51,838 bases of DNA from an uncultured Burkholderiales bacterium (GCA_964570955.1 CAZNBS010000002.1:1-51838); one strand, 5' to 3'. Shown: positions 10,140-20,443, counted from the stretch's first letter. A program made the numbers and translations. Notes: a model not told the origin generated them from the sequence alone.

Positions 10140-11870
10140 ATGCGCTTCCGCGAAATGAAAGCGGCTCCGTCGCAGCTGCGCCTCGCGTGTCTCGCGTGTG
10201 GACTTGGCGTAGCTGTAGCGATCGGCGGCGGCCAGCCTGTGCGGGCGCAGCCGGCAGACCCGCCGCCCACGGGGGGCAGCGGCGCCGCGGTGCCGGCGCC
10301 CCCGTCTGCGCCTCAGCGGTCCTTGGACGCCTCCGCAGCGGGACGGATCCACCTGCCGGCGCGCGCGCCGATCGGACTTCGCTTGCCTGCATCGGGAGCG
10401 CTGCAGAGATGGACGGTCGCACCTTCGGTATCGGCCATGGCGACTGCGACCGACAACGCCGGGTTCGATCCGCCTGCCGACGCAGAGTCGGACGTTTTTC
10501 TTGAGCTGTTTCCGAGCATCACGATCAGCGGCCGATCGCCGCGCGTCGAGCTCGATCTGGACTACACCGGGCAGGTCAGCTACGCCGCGCGGGGTACGGC
10601 GTCGACCGAGTACTTGAACAGCCTCGCTGCAGTCACTCGAATCACTGCGATCGAGAACTTCTTCTTCATCGATGCTTCCGCCGAGGTGTCCCAGAACTAT
10701 ATCTCGGCGCTCGCTCCCCGACCGCTGAATCCGGAGGGTGAGCCCGCAAACAGGGTCGAGGAACGGTCGATCGCGCTGAGCCCGTTCATCGAGGGTCTGA
10801 TCCGCGGGCCGGATATCGCTTATACGCTGCGCTACAACTGGGCAGCGACCACCTTCGAAGAGGAGCAGGACCCGACCCTCCCGACCCCCCGGACCACGGA
10901 GTGGATCGGGCAGATTGCAGGACCGCTCGGTAGGAAGCTCGCGTGGAGCATCGACTACCTGAACTCGGTAACCGAATGGGAGAATCAGCCGGTCGACCAG
11001 AAGTACCAGCAGTATCTGGGGACTCTCTATTACCAGGTTGATCCTCTCTTGACCCTGTCGGCGAGCGCGGGTCGGGAGTACAACAACTTCTCACTCGTCG
11101 ATCAGTGGTACACGAACTACGGGGGCGGCATTCGCTGGCGCCCCTTCCAGCGCACGCTGGCCGCTGCAAACGTCATGAAGCGATTCTTCGGGACGGGGTA
11201 TGAGCTCGTGTTCAATCACCGTCACCGTCGCGCGGCGTTTGCCCTGAACGCGAGCAGGGATATCGCGACATACAGCGAGACGGCTTTCTCTGCACCGGGT
11301 GGTGGAACCCGGTCGCTGCTGGACGCGGCCCTAACGGCGCAGATCGCCGATCCGGCCGAGCGGCGTACGGCGGTCAATCAGCTCATCGCCCTGTCCGGTC
11401 TTCCGCCGATCCAGGCCAACACGTCGAGTTTCTTCACGCAGGCGGTCATGTTGCAGAATCAGATCGAGGGCGCTTTCGCGATTATCGGTGTAAGAAACAT
11501 TGCAACGATTGCGGCCTTCAGGCGGGACCGGCGGCCCATCGGTACGTTGGTGGTCGGTGTGCCCGACGACGCGTTCATCAACTTCAGCAAGGAGACCGAG
11601 ACCGGTGGGGCGGTCTCGTTCACGCACCGGATTTCCCCGCTGACGGCGCTGTCCGCTGTCTATGGTCGCTCCTATGTTCGCGGATTCGTTGCCGACGTTC
11701 CGACGAATACGGCGACAGAGGACACCGTGCTGGTCACGCTGTCGAGGCGATTCGGGCCCAGGACCACCGCATTCGTCGGCGCACGTTACCAGCGCTTCGC
11801 CGACGATCCGTCGGAAGATCCACCCACCGCCGAGCGAGCAATCATGGCCGGGATAACCTATTTCTTCTAG
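10140..11870 (+). CDS. PEP-CTERM-system-associated outer-membrane beta-barrel protein (uncharacterised family)
   Basis: 576 aa. Signal peptide (LACLACGLGVAVAIGGGQPVRAQ), alternating beta-strand pattern, C-terminal ...AGITYFF ending in an aromatic residue typical of OM barrels. GAGGAAG RBS. Confidence 0.7.
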   Translation: MRFREMKAAPSQLRLACLACGLGVAVAIGGGQPVRAQPADPPPTGGSGAAVPAPPSAPQRSLDASAAGRIHLPARAPIGLRLPASGALQRWTVAPSVSAMATATDNAGFDPPADAESDVFLELFPSITISGRSPRVELDLDYTGQVSYAARGTASTEYLNSLAAVTRITAIENFFFIDASAEVSQNYISALAPRPLNPEGEPANRVEERSIALSPFIEGLIRGPDIAYTLRYNWAATTFEEEQDPTLPTPRTTEWIGQIAGPLGRKLAWSIDYLNSVTEWENQPVDQKYQQYLGTLYYQVDPLLTLSASAGREYNNFSLVDQWYTNYGGGIRWRPFQRTLAAANVMKRFFGTGYELVFNHRHRRAAFALNASRDIATYSETAFSAPGGGTRSLLDAALTAQIADPAERRTAVNQLIALSGLPPIQANTSSFFTQAVMLQNQIEGAFAIIGVRNIATIAAFRRDRRPIGTLVVGVPDDAFINFSKETETGGAVSFTHRISPLTALSAVYGRSYVRGFVADVPTNTATEDTVLVTLSRRFGPRTTAFVGARYQRFADDPSEDPPTAERAIMAGITYFF

Positions 11871-11879
11871 CGAGAACTC

Positions 11880-12887
11880 ATGTACGAGCAGTTCTACAAG
11901 CTGAGGGGCAGACCGTTCCAACTCAATCCGGATCCCGCGTTCTTCTTCGGCAGCCGCGGTCACAAGCGCGCACTCGCGTACCTGCAATACGGCGTCAATC
12001 AGAACGAGGGATTCATCGTCATCACCGGCGAGATCGGTGCCGGCAAGACCACGCTCGTGCGCAGTCTGATCGAGGGTCTTGACCCGCGCCAGTTCGTGGC
12101 GGCGCAGCTGGTGAGTACGCAGCTTGCAGCGGGCGACTTGCTGCGGGCGGTTGCGATCGCCTACGGTATCCGGTGCAAGGTGCGTGAGAAGGCGCAGCTG
12201 CTGGGCTCGATCGAGGCGTTTCTCACGGCGCTGTCAATCGATAACCGGCGAGCTCTACTGGTCGTCGACGAGGCGCAGAACCTGTCGCCGCGGGCAATCG
12301 AAGAGCTTCGGATGCTATCGAATTTCCAGCTCGGGACGAGGCCCCTGCTGCAGAGCTTTCTTGTCGGTCAACCGCAGCTTCGCGCGATCATGCAACGGCC
12401 GGAACTGGAACAGCTGCGCCAGCGGGTGCTCGCGTCATACCATCTGGGCCCGCTGGATCCGGGCGAGACCAATGCGTACATCACGCATCGGCTCACGCAC
12501 GTCGGCTGGAACAAGGATCCGGATCTCGACGCGGCGGCGCTTGCGGCGATTCATGGTATCACCGGCGGGATACCGAGGAAGATAAATCTTCTCTGCGATC
12601 GGCTGCTCCTCGCCGGTTTCCTTGCGAACAAGCACTCATTGGGCTCTGCCGACGTCGAGGCGGTCAGCACAGAGCTAATCGAGGAACTGGGTGACGACCA
12701 GAGCGCGGCCGCATCGACACCGGCCGACGAGGGGAAGGCGCGCGCGGCCGAAGCGGCTACCGGCCATGCATTGCGACTTGCGGAGATCAGCGGGAGGCTT
12801 GATCGGATCGAACGAACGATGTCCGCCGCGCTCGAGATCCTGCGAAAGCGGGAGAAGGCCATGGAGCTCAGTCCGGTCGGGAAGTAG
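11880..12887 (+). CDS. ExeA-like AAA ATPase (putative secretion ATPase of PEP-CTERM loci)
   Basis: 335 aa. Walker A GEIGAGKTTLV, Walker B LLVVDEAQNL. ExeA/GspA-like overall pattern. Confidence 0.85.
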   Translation: MYEQFYKLRGRPFQLNPDPAFFFGSRGHKRALAYLQYGVNQNEGFIVITGEIGAGKTTLVRSLIEGLDPRQFVAAQLVSTQLAAGDLLRAVAIAYGIRCKVREKAQLLGSIEAFLTALSIDNRRALLVVDEAQNLSPRAIEELRMLSNFQLGTRPLLQSFLVGQPQLRAIMQRPELEQLRQRVLASYHLGPLDPGETNAYITHRLTHVGWNKDPDLDAAALAAIHGITGGIPRKINLLCDRLLLAGFLANKHSLGSADVEAVSTELIEELGDDQSAAASTPADEGKARAAEAATGHALRLAEISGRLDRIERTMSAALEILRKREKAMELSPVGK

Positions 12888-12896
12888 AGGGCGCTC

Positions 12897-14060
12897 GTGG
12901 GTGAACCGCATGTTCCAGCCAACCCGATTGCGTGTGTCGTAGGCGCACGCCCGAACTTCATGAAGATGGGCGCGATTCTGCGGGCCCTGAGCGCGGAGCC
13001 GGGGCTTCCACAGACGCTGCTGATCCATACCGGGCAGCACTACGACGAGGCGATGAGCACCCAGCTTTTCGAGGCGCTGGAGTTGCCTGCACCGGACGTG
13101 AACCTCGAGGTCGGATCGGGCACGCACGCGGTGCAAACTGCGGAGATCATGCGGCGGATCGAGCCCGTGTTCGATGCGTTCCGGCCCGCGTGCGTCGTCG
13201 TCGTCGGCGACGTCAACTCGACGCTTGCATGCAGCCTGGTTGCCGCGAAAAAGGGCATTCCGGTGGCCCACGTCGAGGCTGGCCTGAGAAGCTTTGACCG
13301 AAGCATGCCCGAGGAAATCAATCGGCTGCTCACCGACCAGATATCGGACTGCCTCTATACGACCGAGCGTTCAGCGCAGGAAAACCTCGCACGAGAGGGA
13401 ATCCCTCGCGACCGCATTCATTTCGTCGGCAACGTCATGATCGACACGATGAATCATCATCGAGGCCGTGCGGTGCCGCCGGAGGAGACGTTACGCCGCG
13501 CCGGGCAGCCCGCAATGTTCGCCGCGAGCCCGCGGGGGTTCGGAGTCGTAACGCTCCACCGGCCCTCGAACGTCGACGACCTCGATACCCTGGCCGCACT
13601 GCTCGGGACGCTTGCCGAGGTGAGCGACCGCGTTCCGCTCATCTGCCCGCTGCACCCTCGAACCAGCGCGAACATAGAGCGGTTTGGCCTCGGGCGCCTC
13701 GTTGCCGGCAAGCGGGTGGTCGCTCTGCCGCCCCAAGGCTACCTGGAGATGCTCGGGTTGATGTCGTCGGCCACGCTGGTTCTTACCGATTCCGGCGGCG
13801 TACAGGAAGAGACCACTGCCCTGGGCGTTCCCTGCCTCACGCTGCGCGAGAATACCGAGCGCCCGGTCACCGTGACTGAGGGTACCAACTCCCTGGTCGG
13901 TCGCGATCGGGCCGCTACCCTCGACGCCGTCGACGAGATCCTCTCGACGGGCGGCAAGCGCGGTCGAATTCCGGAGCTCTGGGACGGTCTTGCGGCGAAG
14001 CGCATAGCACGCCATCTTTCTGAGTGGCTCGCTGTCCGGGCGCCTGTTCGCGGATCGTGA
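12897..14060 (+). CDS. wecB: UDP-N-acetylglucosamine 2-epimerase (non-hydrolysing)
   Basis: 387 aa, GTG start with GAGGG RBS. Motifs GARPNFMKM, HVEAGLRSFDRSMPEEINR, TDSGGVQEE. Confidence 0.92.
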   Translation: MGEPHVPANPIACVVGARPNFMKMGAILRALSAEPGLPQTLLIHTGQHYDEAMSTQLFEALELPAPDVNLEVGSGTHAVQTAEIMRRIEPVFDAFRPACVVVVGDVNSTLACSLVAAKKGIPVAHVEAGLRSFDRSMPEEINRLLTDQISDCLYTTERSAQENLAREGIPRDRIHFVGNVMIDTMNHHRGRAVPPEETLRRAGQPAMFAASPRGFGVVTLHRPSNVDDLDTLAALLGTLAEVSDRVPLICPLHPRTSANIERFGLGRLVAGKRVVALPPQGYLEMLGLMSSATLVLTDSGGVQEETTALGVPCLTLRENTERPVTVTEGTNSLVGRDRAATLDAVDEILSTGGKRGRIPELWDGLAAKRIARHLSEWLAVRAPVRGS

Positions 14061-14069
14061 GCTAGGCGA

Positions 14070-14924
14070 ATGGCACCGACGCTCAACGGGCGGGTCAAGA
14101 ACGCGCTGTCGGTCGACGTGGAGGACTATTTCCAGGTCTCCGCGTTCGAGATGCACTTCGCGCGGGAGCATTGGGACCGCCTCCCCTGCCGCGTCGAGCG
14201 CAACGTCGACCGGATTCTCGAGCTGTTTTCGCAGGCAGAGGTGCGGGCGACGTTCTTTACGCTCGGATGGATCGCCCGGCGCTATCCGCAGATGGTGCGG
14301 CGTATCGCCGCGGCGGGCCACGAGGTCGCAAGTCACGGCTTCGCGCACGAGCGAGCGAGCACGCTTGACAGAAGAGCCTTTTCCGCCGACCTCGAAAGTG
14401 CCAAGGCGGTTCTGGAGGAAGTGACGGGCACCCCCGTCAAGGGCTACCGTGCGCCAAGCTTCTCGATCGGCGCCGGAAATCTGTGGGCCTTCGATTGCAT
14501 CGCCGCCGCCGGATACCGCTACAGCTCGAGCATCTATCCGGTTCGACACGACCACTACGGCATGCCGGGTGCACCGCGTTTCGCCTTCGAGCCGCGCACC
14601 GGATTGCTCGAGGTGCCGATCACGACTGCGCGTCTGCTGCGCACCAACTTTCCCGCAGGTGGCGGAGGCTATTTCCGATTGCTCCCGTACGCATGTTCGC
14701 GGTGGTTCATCGACAGGGTGAACCGGTGTGACGGGCAGCCGGCAGTCTTCTATTTCCATCCGTGGGAGCTCGACCCAGGGCAGCCGCGGGTGCGCGGAGC
14801 TGCAGCCAAGACGCGGCTGAGACACTACCTGAATCTGAGTCGGACCGAGCGCCGGCTCGCGCGTCTGCTGACCGATTTCGCATGGGACCGATTCGATCGT
14901 ACGTTCCCCATCGAGGGTATGTGA
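14070..14924 (+). CDS. Polysaccharide deacetylase, XrtA/PEP-CTERM-locus subfamily
   Basis: 284 aa. ALSVDVEDYFQVSAF, GHEVASHGFAHE, YFHPWELD: the pattern of the exosortase-locus deacetylase family. Confidence 0.88.
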   Translation: MAPTLNGRVKNALSVDVEDYFQVSAFEMHFAREHWDRLPCRVERNVDRILELFSQAEVRATFFTLGWIARRYPQMVRRIAAAGHEVASHGFAHERASTLDRRAFSADLESAKAVLEEVTGTPVKGYRAPSFSIGAGNLWAFDCIAAAGYRYSSSIYPVRHDHYGMPGAPRFAFEPRTGLLEVPITTARLLRTNFPAGGGGYFRLLPYACSRWFIDRVNRCDGQPAVFYFHPWELDPGQPRVRGAAAKTRLRHYLNLSRTERRLARLLTDFAWDRFDRTFPIEGM

Positions 14925-15997
14925 CGCGCGACCAGACCGAATTCACGGAGACTGGGCACCGCGTAGGTCAGATCGCGGTGAAGAGCCTGGGCGATGCCGA
15001 TGAAAGGCGCTGGGACGCTTTCGTCGAGAGCTGTCCAGAGGCGACCTTCTTCCACCGCGCTGGTTGGCGCACCATCCTCCGCTCGATCTTCGACCACCGA
15101 ACGCACTACCTGTACGCCGAGCGTGACCGCGAAATCGTAGGAGTGCTCCCGCTTGCGGAAGTAAGAAGCCGAATCTTCGGTCACTCGATGAGCTCGTTGC
15201 CTTTCTGCGTGTACGGCGGCGTCGCCGCGACAGATCCCGCCGCGACGCGAGCACTGCACTCGGCGGCGCGCGCACTAGCGGTGCGACGGGGCGTGGCCCA
15301 TCTCGAGTTGCGCAACCGCGAGGTGCGGGAGCCCGAATGGCCGCGACAGGACCTCTACGTGACCTTCAGGAAACCGATCCTGAACGACGCCGAGGCGAAC
15401 ATGCTCGCCATTCCGCGCAAGCAGCGCGCAATGGTGCGCAAAGGCATGAGGAACGGCCTGTCCGCCGAGATTGACGAGTCGACCGAGAGGTTCTTCAGGC
15501 TCTACGCGGACAACGTGCATCGGCATGGCACGCCTGCACTTCCGAAAGGTTATTTCGACGCGCTGCGCAAGACCTTCGGCGAGCAATGCGAGGTGCTGGT
15601 GGTCGTCGACTCCGAGCGACGGCCAGTCTCGAGCGTTCTGTCCTTCTATTTCCGCGACGAAGTGCTCCCCTACTATGCGGGCGATCACGCGCGTGCCCGC
15701 GACCTGGCCGCCAATGACTTCAAGTACTGGGAACTGATGCGCAGGGCCGCCGAGCGCGGCGCTAGCGTATTCGACTACGGGCGCAGCAAGCGCGGAACCG
15801 GATCGTACGACTTCAAGAAGAACTGGGGCTTCGCGCCGGCCCCGCTTGCCTACGAGTACTGCCTGCTCAAGGGTGAGACGATCCCGCAGAACAATCCGTC
15901 GAACCCGAGGTATCGAGCGTTGATAGCGGCGTGGCGACGGCTGCCGATCGGGATCGCCAATGCGCTGGGGCCGTTCATCGTGCGCAACCTCGGTTGA
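14921..15997 (+). CDS. FemAB-family protein, PEP-CTERM-system-associated type
   Basis: GTG 14921 overlaps the upstream TGA (GTGA). An alternative ATG at 14882 lies inside the upstream gene. Motifs FFHRAGWRTIL and FDYGRSKRGTGSYDFKKNWGF. The track ORF start at 14762 is rejected because its N-terminus is Arg/Ala-rich. Confidence 0.85.
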   Translation: MTRDQTEFTETGHRVGQIAVKSLGDADERRWDAFVESCPEATFFHRAGWRTILRSIFDHRTHYLYAERDREIVGVLPLAEVRSRIFGHSMSSLPFCVYGGVAATDPAATRALHSAARALAVRRGVAHLELRNREVREPEWPRQDLYVTFRKPILNDAEANMLAIPRKQRAMVRKGMRNGLSAEIDESTERFFRLYADNVHRHGTPALPKGYFDALRKTFGEQCEVLVVVDSERRPVSSVLSFYFRDEVLPYYAGDHARARDLAANDFKYWELMRRAAERGASVFDYGRSKRGTGSYDFKKNWGFAPAPLAYEYCLLKGETIPQNNPSNPRYRALIAAWRRLPIGIANALGPFIVRNLG

Positions 15998-16005
15998 CCC
16001 CGGAC

Positions 16006-17289
16006 ATGGAGCCGCTTCTCTTCCTGTCGCATCGCATTCCCTATCCGCCCAACAAGGGCGACAAGGTGCGCTCGTACCATCTCCTCGCCTTCCTTGCGCA
16101 GCGGTTTCGCGTCTTCTTGGGCACCTTCATCGACGATCCCGCCGACACCGCGCATGTGGACGCCGTGAAGGGGCTTTGCGCGGGAGTGTGCGCCGTCCGC
16201 ATGCGCCCGCCGCTTGCGCGACTGCGCGGTCTCCAGGGTCTGGTGACCGGCGCACCGCTTTCGGTCCGTTGCTACCGCGATCGCGGGCTCGCTCGCTGGG
16301 TTGCGGACACAGTCGTACGGCACCGGATCCGCAAGGCGCTGGTGTTTTCGTCCGTGATGGCCCAGTACGTCGAGGGTATCGACGATATTCGCGCCGTCGT
16401 CGACTTCGTCGACGTCGATTCCGACAAGTGGCGCCAATACGCATCGCGTCACCCGTGGCCGGTTTCGATGCTGTACGCGCGCGAGGCGAGGACCCTGCTT
16501 CGATTCGAGCGGTCCGTGGCGCGAGTCTCGGCGCACAGCGTGTTTGTCACGCCGGAAGAGGCGAAGTTGTTCGCTTCTCTCGCTCCGGACGTGGATCGGG
16601 AGCGGATCGTCGCGATAGGCAATGGCGTGGACGCCGGATACTTCACGCCCGAGCCGCAGCGCCGCTCGCCGTTCCCGTCCGACGAGGAGGCCATTGTCTT
16701 CACCGGAGCGATGGACTACTGGCCAAACGTCGACGCTGCTGCCTGGTTCGCTGCCGAGGTGCTTCCTCGGATCGCGGCGGCGCGGCCCGCCGCGAGATTC
16801 TATGTCGTCGGAATGAATCCGGCCCCGGCGGTACGCGCACTCGCGCGTGCGGGCTCGGTTGTCGTCACCGGAAGAGTGGCGGACGTCCGGCCCTTCCTCC
16901 AGCACGCACGGGTGGTGGTGGCGCCGCTTCGGGTCGCACGCGGGATCCAGAACAAGGTGCTCGAGGCGATGGCGATGGGACGACCCGTCGTCGCATCGCG
17001 CGCCTGCGCCGGCGCGCTATCCGCGGTTCCCGGCGTCGAGTTGGAGGTGGCCGGGTGCGCCGAGGAGTTTGCCGCCACGACCGTGCGGTTACTTCGGGAC
17101 TCTCGCCAGGAGCAGCTCGGGCCCGCCGCACGCTCGCGGGTGCTCGCGGACTACAGTTGGGAAGCGAATCTCTCACGCCTCGAAGCCCTGCTAAGGGGCC
17201 AATTCCGGCCGCACGCATCCGCCTCGCACCGGCAGAGCGACACCAGGGACGGCGTCCCGGCCGCCGCAGAGAGTCTGCGGGGGAGCTAA
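16006..17289 (+). CDS. GT4 glycosyltransferase (sugar transferase of PEP-CTERM/EpsH1 loci, first of pair)
   Basis: ATG 16006 gives MEPLLFLSHRIPYPPNKGDKVRSYHLL, the N-terminal signature of this family. C-terminal GT1/GT4 domain (GIQNKVLEAMAMGRPVVAS). Confidence 0.85.
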   Translation: MEPLLFLSHRIPYPPNKGDKVRSYHLLAFLAQRFRVFLGTFIDDPADTAHVDAVKGLCAGVCAVRMRPPLARLRGLQGLVTGAPLSVRCYRDRGLARWVADTVVRHRIRKALVFSSVMAQYVEGIDDIRAVVDFVDVDSDKWRQYASRHPWPVSMLYAREARTLLRFERSVARVSAHSVFVTPEEAKLFASLAPDVDRERIVAIGNGVDAGYFTPEPQRRSPFPSDEEAIVFTGAMDYWPNVDAAAWFAAEVLPRIAAARPAARFYVVGMNPAPAVRALARAGSVVVTGRVADVRPFLQHARVVVAPLRVARGIQNKVLEAMAMGRPVVASRACAGALSAVPGVELEVAGCAEEFAATTVRLLRDSRQEQLGPAARSRVLADYSWEANLSRLEALLRGQFRPHASASHRQSDTRDGVPAAAESLRGS

Positions 17290-17294
17290 GCCGA

Positions 17295-18482
17295 GTGGTT
17301 ACCGGTCAATCCGCTCCCCGCCTCATCGCGCACGTCGTGCACAGCTTCGCGGTCGGCGGCCTGGAGAACGGCGTGTGCAACCTCATCAACCGGCTGCCGT
17401 CCGATCGCTGGCGGCATGCGGTCGTTGCGCTGACGGATGTATCCGCCGAATTCTGCCGCAGGATCGAGCAGAACAACGTGATCTTCGAGGCGTTGCACAA
17501 GGGGCCCGGCCACAGCATCGCGATCTACCCGAGGCTCTACCGGCTGTTCCGCGCGCTGCGCCCGTCCATCGTGCATACGCGGAACCTGGCCGCGCTGGAG
17601 GCGACGCTCCCCGCCTGGGCGGCGGGGGTCAAGGTGCGCGTCCACGGCGAGCATGGGCGCGATGTGCTGGATCTCGACGGCTCGAGCCGCCGGTACCGTC
17701 TGGTGCGTCGGATGTTCAGCCCGTTCGCAACGCGATACATCGCGCTGTCGAGGGACCTCGAGGGGTATCTCCGCGACCGGATCGGAATCCGCGCCGATCG
17801 GATTCTGCAGATCTACAACGGCGTCGACACCACCCGGTTCCACCCGGCCATCGACGGGCGGGAGCCGATCGACGGCTCGCCGTTGCGCGGCGCCGGTCTG
17901 TTCGTCGTCGGCACCGTCGGGCGGATGCAAGCGGTCAAGGACCAGACGAACCTGGTCCGGGCTTTCGTGCGAGCGCTCGAGATCGAGCCAGCCGCACGCG
18001 AACGGCTGCGGCTCGTCATCGTGGGCGACGGGCCGCTGCGGGAAAAGGCGCTCGGGCTTCTCCACGGGGCGAATGCCGGTGCGCAGAGTTGGTTGCCCGG
18101 CGAGCGTAGCGACATCCCGGCGGTGCTTCGCGGAATCGACTGCTTCGTGCTTCCGTCGCTGGCCGAGGGAATCTCGAACACGATCCTGGAAGCCATGGCG
18201 ACCGCGTTGCCGGTCATCGCGACGCGGGTCGGCGGAAATGCCGAGCTCGTCGACGACGGGACTTCGGGCGTCCTTGTTCCGGCGGCCGACAGCGACTCGC
18301 TTGCCCGCGCGATTCTGCGCTACGCAAAAGCGCCCGAGCTTGCCAGACGTCATGGCGCGGCTGGACGACGGCGCGTCGAGCACCTCTTCAGCCTCGACCG
18401 AATGGTCGAACGCTATTCGGCATTCTACGAGAGCCTGCTCGAGTCAGGGACTCGTCGCCAGGCGGTAGCGCAGAGTAGCTGA
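17295..18482 (+). CDS. GT4 glycosyltransferase (sugar transferase of PEP-CTERM/EpsH1 loci, second of pair)
   Basis: GTG 17295 lies 5 nt after the upstream stop. LIAHVVHSFAVGGLENGVCNLIN, EGISNTILEAMATALPVIATRVGGNAELV. The listed 840-aa ORF (15960..18482) is an in-frame artefact upstream of this start. Confidence 0.85.
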   Translation: MVTGQSAPRLIAHVVHSFAVGGLENGVCNLINRLPSDRWRHAVVALTDVSAEFCRRIEQNNVIFEALHKGPGHSIAIYPRLYRLFRALRPSIVHTRNLAALEATLPAWAAGVKVRVHGEHGRDVLDLDGSSRRYRLVRRMFSPFATRYIALSRDLEGYLRDRIGIRADRILQIYNGVDTTRFHPAIDGREPIDGSPLRGAGLFVVGTVGRMQAVKDQTNLVRAFVRALEIEPAARERLRLVIVGDGPLREKALGLLHGANAGAQSWLPGERSDIPAVLRGIDCFVLPSLAEGISNTILEAMATALPVIATRVGGNAELVDDGTSGVLVPAADSDSLARAILRYAKAPELARRHGAAGRRRVEHLFSLDRMVERYSAFYESLLESGTRRQAVAQSS

Positions 18483-18509
18483 TCGGACATCGATACGGGA
18501 GAAGCGGGC

Positions 18510-20435
18510 GTGTGTGGCATCGCTGGCATTCTGGACAGCCGTGGGCAGCGTGAGATCTCCCGCGCCGCGCTCGAGCGGATGAACGACAGCCAGTATCACC
18601 GCGGGCCGGACGAGGGCGGCCTGCATGTCGAGCGCGGAGTCGCCCTCGCCCACCGTAGGCTATCGATCATCGATCTGTCGACTGGACAGCAACCACTCTA
18701 CAACGAAGACCGCAGCGTGGTCGTCGTCTTCAACGGCGAGATCTACAATTACCAGGCGCTCATCCCGGAGCTGACGGCGCTCGGACACCGATTCCGCACG
18801 AGAAGCGACACCGAGGTGATCGTGCACGCGTGGGAGGCATGGGGCGAAGCATGCGTAACGCGATTCCGTGGAATGTTTGCATTCGCCCTCTGGGACCGCG
18901 GTCGCGAGACGCTGTTCCTCGCCCGCGACCGCCTCGGAGTCAAGCCGCTCTACTACGCCGCGCTTCCTGACGGGACTATCGTCTTCGGTTCGGAGCTGAA
19001 GGCGCTCCTCGCCCACGGCGCATTGCGCCGCGACCTCGACGCTCTCGCGATCGAGGAGTACTTCGCGCTTGGCTACGTGCCGGAGCCGCGCACGATCTTC
19101 GCCGCTGCGCGCAAGCTGCCGCCGGCTCACACCCTGGCGATCAGGCGAGGCGCCCCGGTTCCCGCGCCGGTCGAGTACTGGGATGTCCGCTTCACGCTGG
19201 ATAACCGCATCTCCGATAGCGATGCCCAGGCCGAGCTAATCGAGCGGCTGCGCGAGTCCGTTCGGCTGAGGATGGTGTCGGAGGTTCCGCTCGGCGCATT
19301 CCTTTCGGGCGGAGTCGACTCGAGTGCAGTTGTTGCGACGATGGCCGGTCTCTCGAAGGAGCCGGTGCGCACCTGCTCGATCTCCTTTACCGACCCGCTG
19401 TTCGACGAGTCTCGACACGCCGCGACGGTGGCGGAGCGGTACGCGACCGTGCACCACGTCGAGCAGGTGGACAGCGACGACTTCGGTCTGCTCGAAGAGC
19501 TGGCGCGCATCTACGACGAGCCGTACGCGGACAGCTCGGCGATTCCGACATACCGCGTATGCCAGCTCGCGCGCAAGCGCGTGACGGTTGCCCTGTCGGG
19601 CGACGGTGGTGACGAAAGCTTCGCGGGCTATCGGCGATACCGACTCCACGTCGCGGAGGAAAGAATGCGGCACGCGCTGCCGCTCGCCCTCCGTCGACCG
19701 GTCTTCGGTCTTCTCGGGCGGGTCTATCCGAAGGCCGACTGGGCACCGCGCGTTTTCCGGGCGCGCAGCACGTTCCAGGCGCTCGCACGGGAAACGGTAG
19801 CTGCCTACTTCCATGGCGTTTCTATCCTCCGGGACGACATGCGGGGACAGCTGTTCAGCAATGCGCTCAAGGCGAAGCTCGGAGGCTACAACGCAGTCGA
19901 GGTATTTCGCCGGTACGCGCAAAAGGCGGAGACGAGCGATCGCCTCGGCCTCGTTCAGTATCTCGATCTGCACACGTACCTGGTCGGCGATATCAACACG
20001 AAGGTCGACCGCGCGAGCATGGCCCATTCCCTCGAGGTGCGGGAGCCCCTCATGGACCACTGTCTCGTAGAGTGGCTCGCCAGCCTGCCTTCGGATCTGA
20101 AGGTGCGCGCCGGCGAGGGCAAGTATCTGCTCAAGAAGGCTATGGAGCCGTATCTCCCGCACGACATCCTCTACCGGCCGAAGATGGGGTTCGCCGTCCC
20201 GCTCGCACGATGGTTCCGGGGCCCCTTGCGGAACCGTGTACGCGAGAGTCTGCTGGGCGACCGCCTGGCGGACACAGGACTGTTCAACCTGCGCTACGTA
20301 CGGCATCTGGTCGAGAGTCACGAATCCGGGCTGCGCGACTACAGCGCTCCGATCTGGACTCTATTGATGTTCGAGAGCTTTCTTCGCGCGAGCTTCGAGA
20401 GCCCGTCCCTGTACGCGCATGAGCGTAGCGCATAG
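18510..20435 (+). CDS. Asparagine synthase (glutamine-hydrolysing) family amidotransferase, exosortase-A-locus type
   Basis: 641 aa. GTG-TGT start gives MCGIAGIL, so the catalytic N-terminal Cys is present. PP-loop FLSGGVDSSAV. GGGAGAAG RBS. Confidence 0.93.
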   Translation: MCGIAGILDSRGQREISRAALERMNDSQYHRGPDEGGLHVERGVALAHRRLSIIDLSTGQQPLYNEDRSVVVVFNGEIYNYQALIPELTALGHRFRTRSDTEVIVHAWEAWGEACVTRFRGMFAFALWDRGRETLFLARDRLGVKPLYYAALPDGTIVFGSELKALLAHGALRRDLDALAIEEYFALGYVPEPRTIFAAARKLPPAHTLAIRRGAPVPAPVEYWDVRFTLDNRISDSDAQAELIERLRESVRLRMVSEVPLGAFLSGGVDSSAVVATMAGLSKEPVRTCSISFTDPLFDESRHAATVAERYATVHHVEQVDSDDFGLLEELARIYDEPYADSSAIPTYRVCQLARKRVTVALSGDGGDESFAGYRRYRLHVAEERMRHALPLALRRPVFGLLGRVYPKADWAPRVFRARSTFQALARETVAAYFHGVSILRDDMRGQLFSNALKAKLGGYNAVEVFRRYAQKAETSDRLGLVQYLDLHTYLVGDINTKVDRASMAHSLEVREPLMDHCLVEWLASLPSDLKVRAGEGKYLLKKAMEPYLPHDILYRPKMGFAVPLARWFRGPLRNRVRESLLGDRLADTGLFNLRYVRHLVESHESGLRDYSAPIWTLLMFESFLRASFESPSLYAHERSA

Positions 20436-20443
20436 CGATTGCA

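Noticed and set aside
13491-14825. 444-aa minus-strand ORF
   Set aside because: It is antisense to the well-supported wecB and deacetylase genes and has no recognisable motifs. It is a high-GC antisense open frame.
15960-18482. 840-aa ORF overlapping the first paired glycosyltransferase
   Set aside because: The first approximately 445 residues are Arg/Gly-rich nonsense, out of frame with the convincing GT at 16006..17289. Only the part from GTG 17295 has glycosyltransferase motifs.
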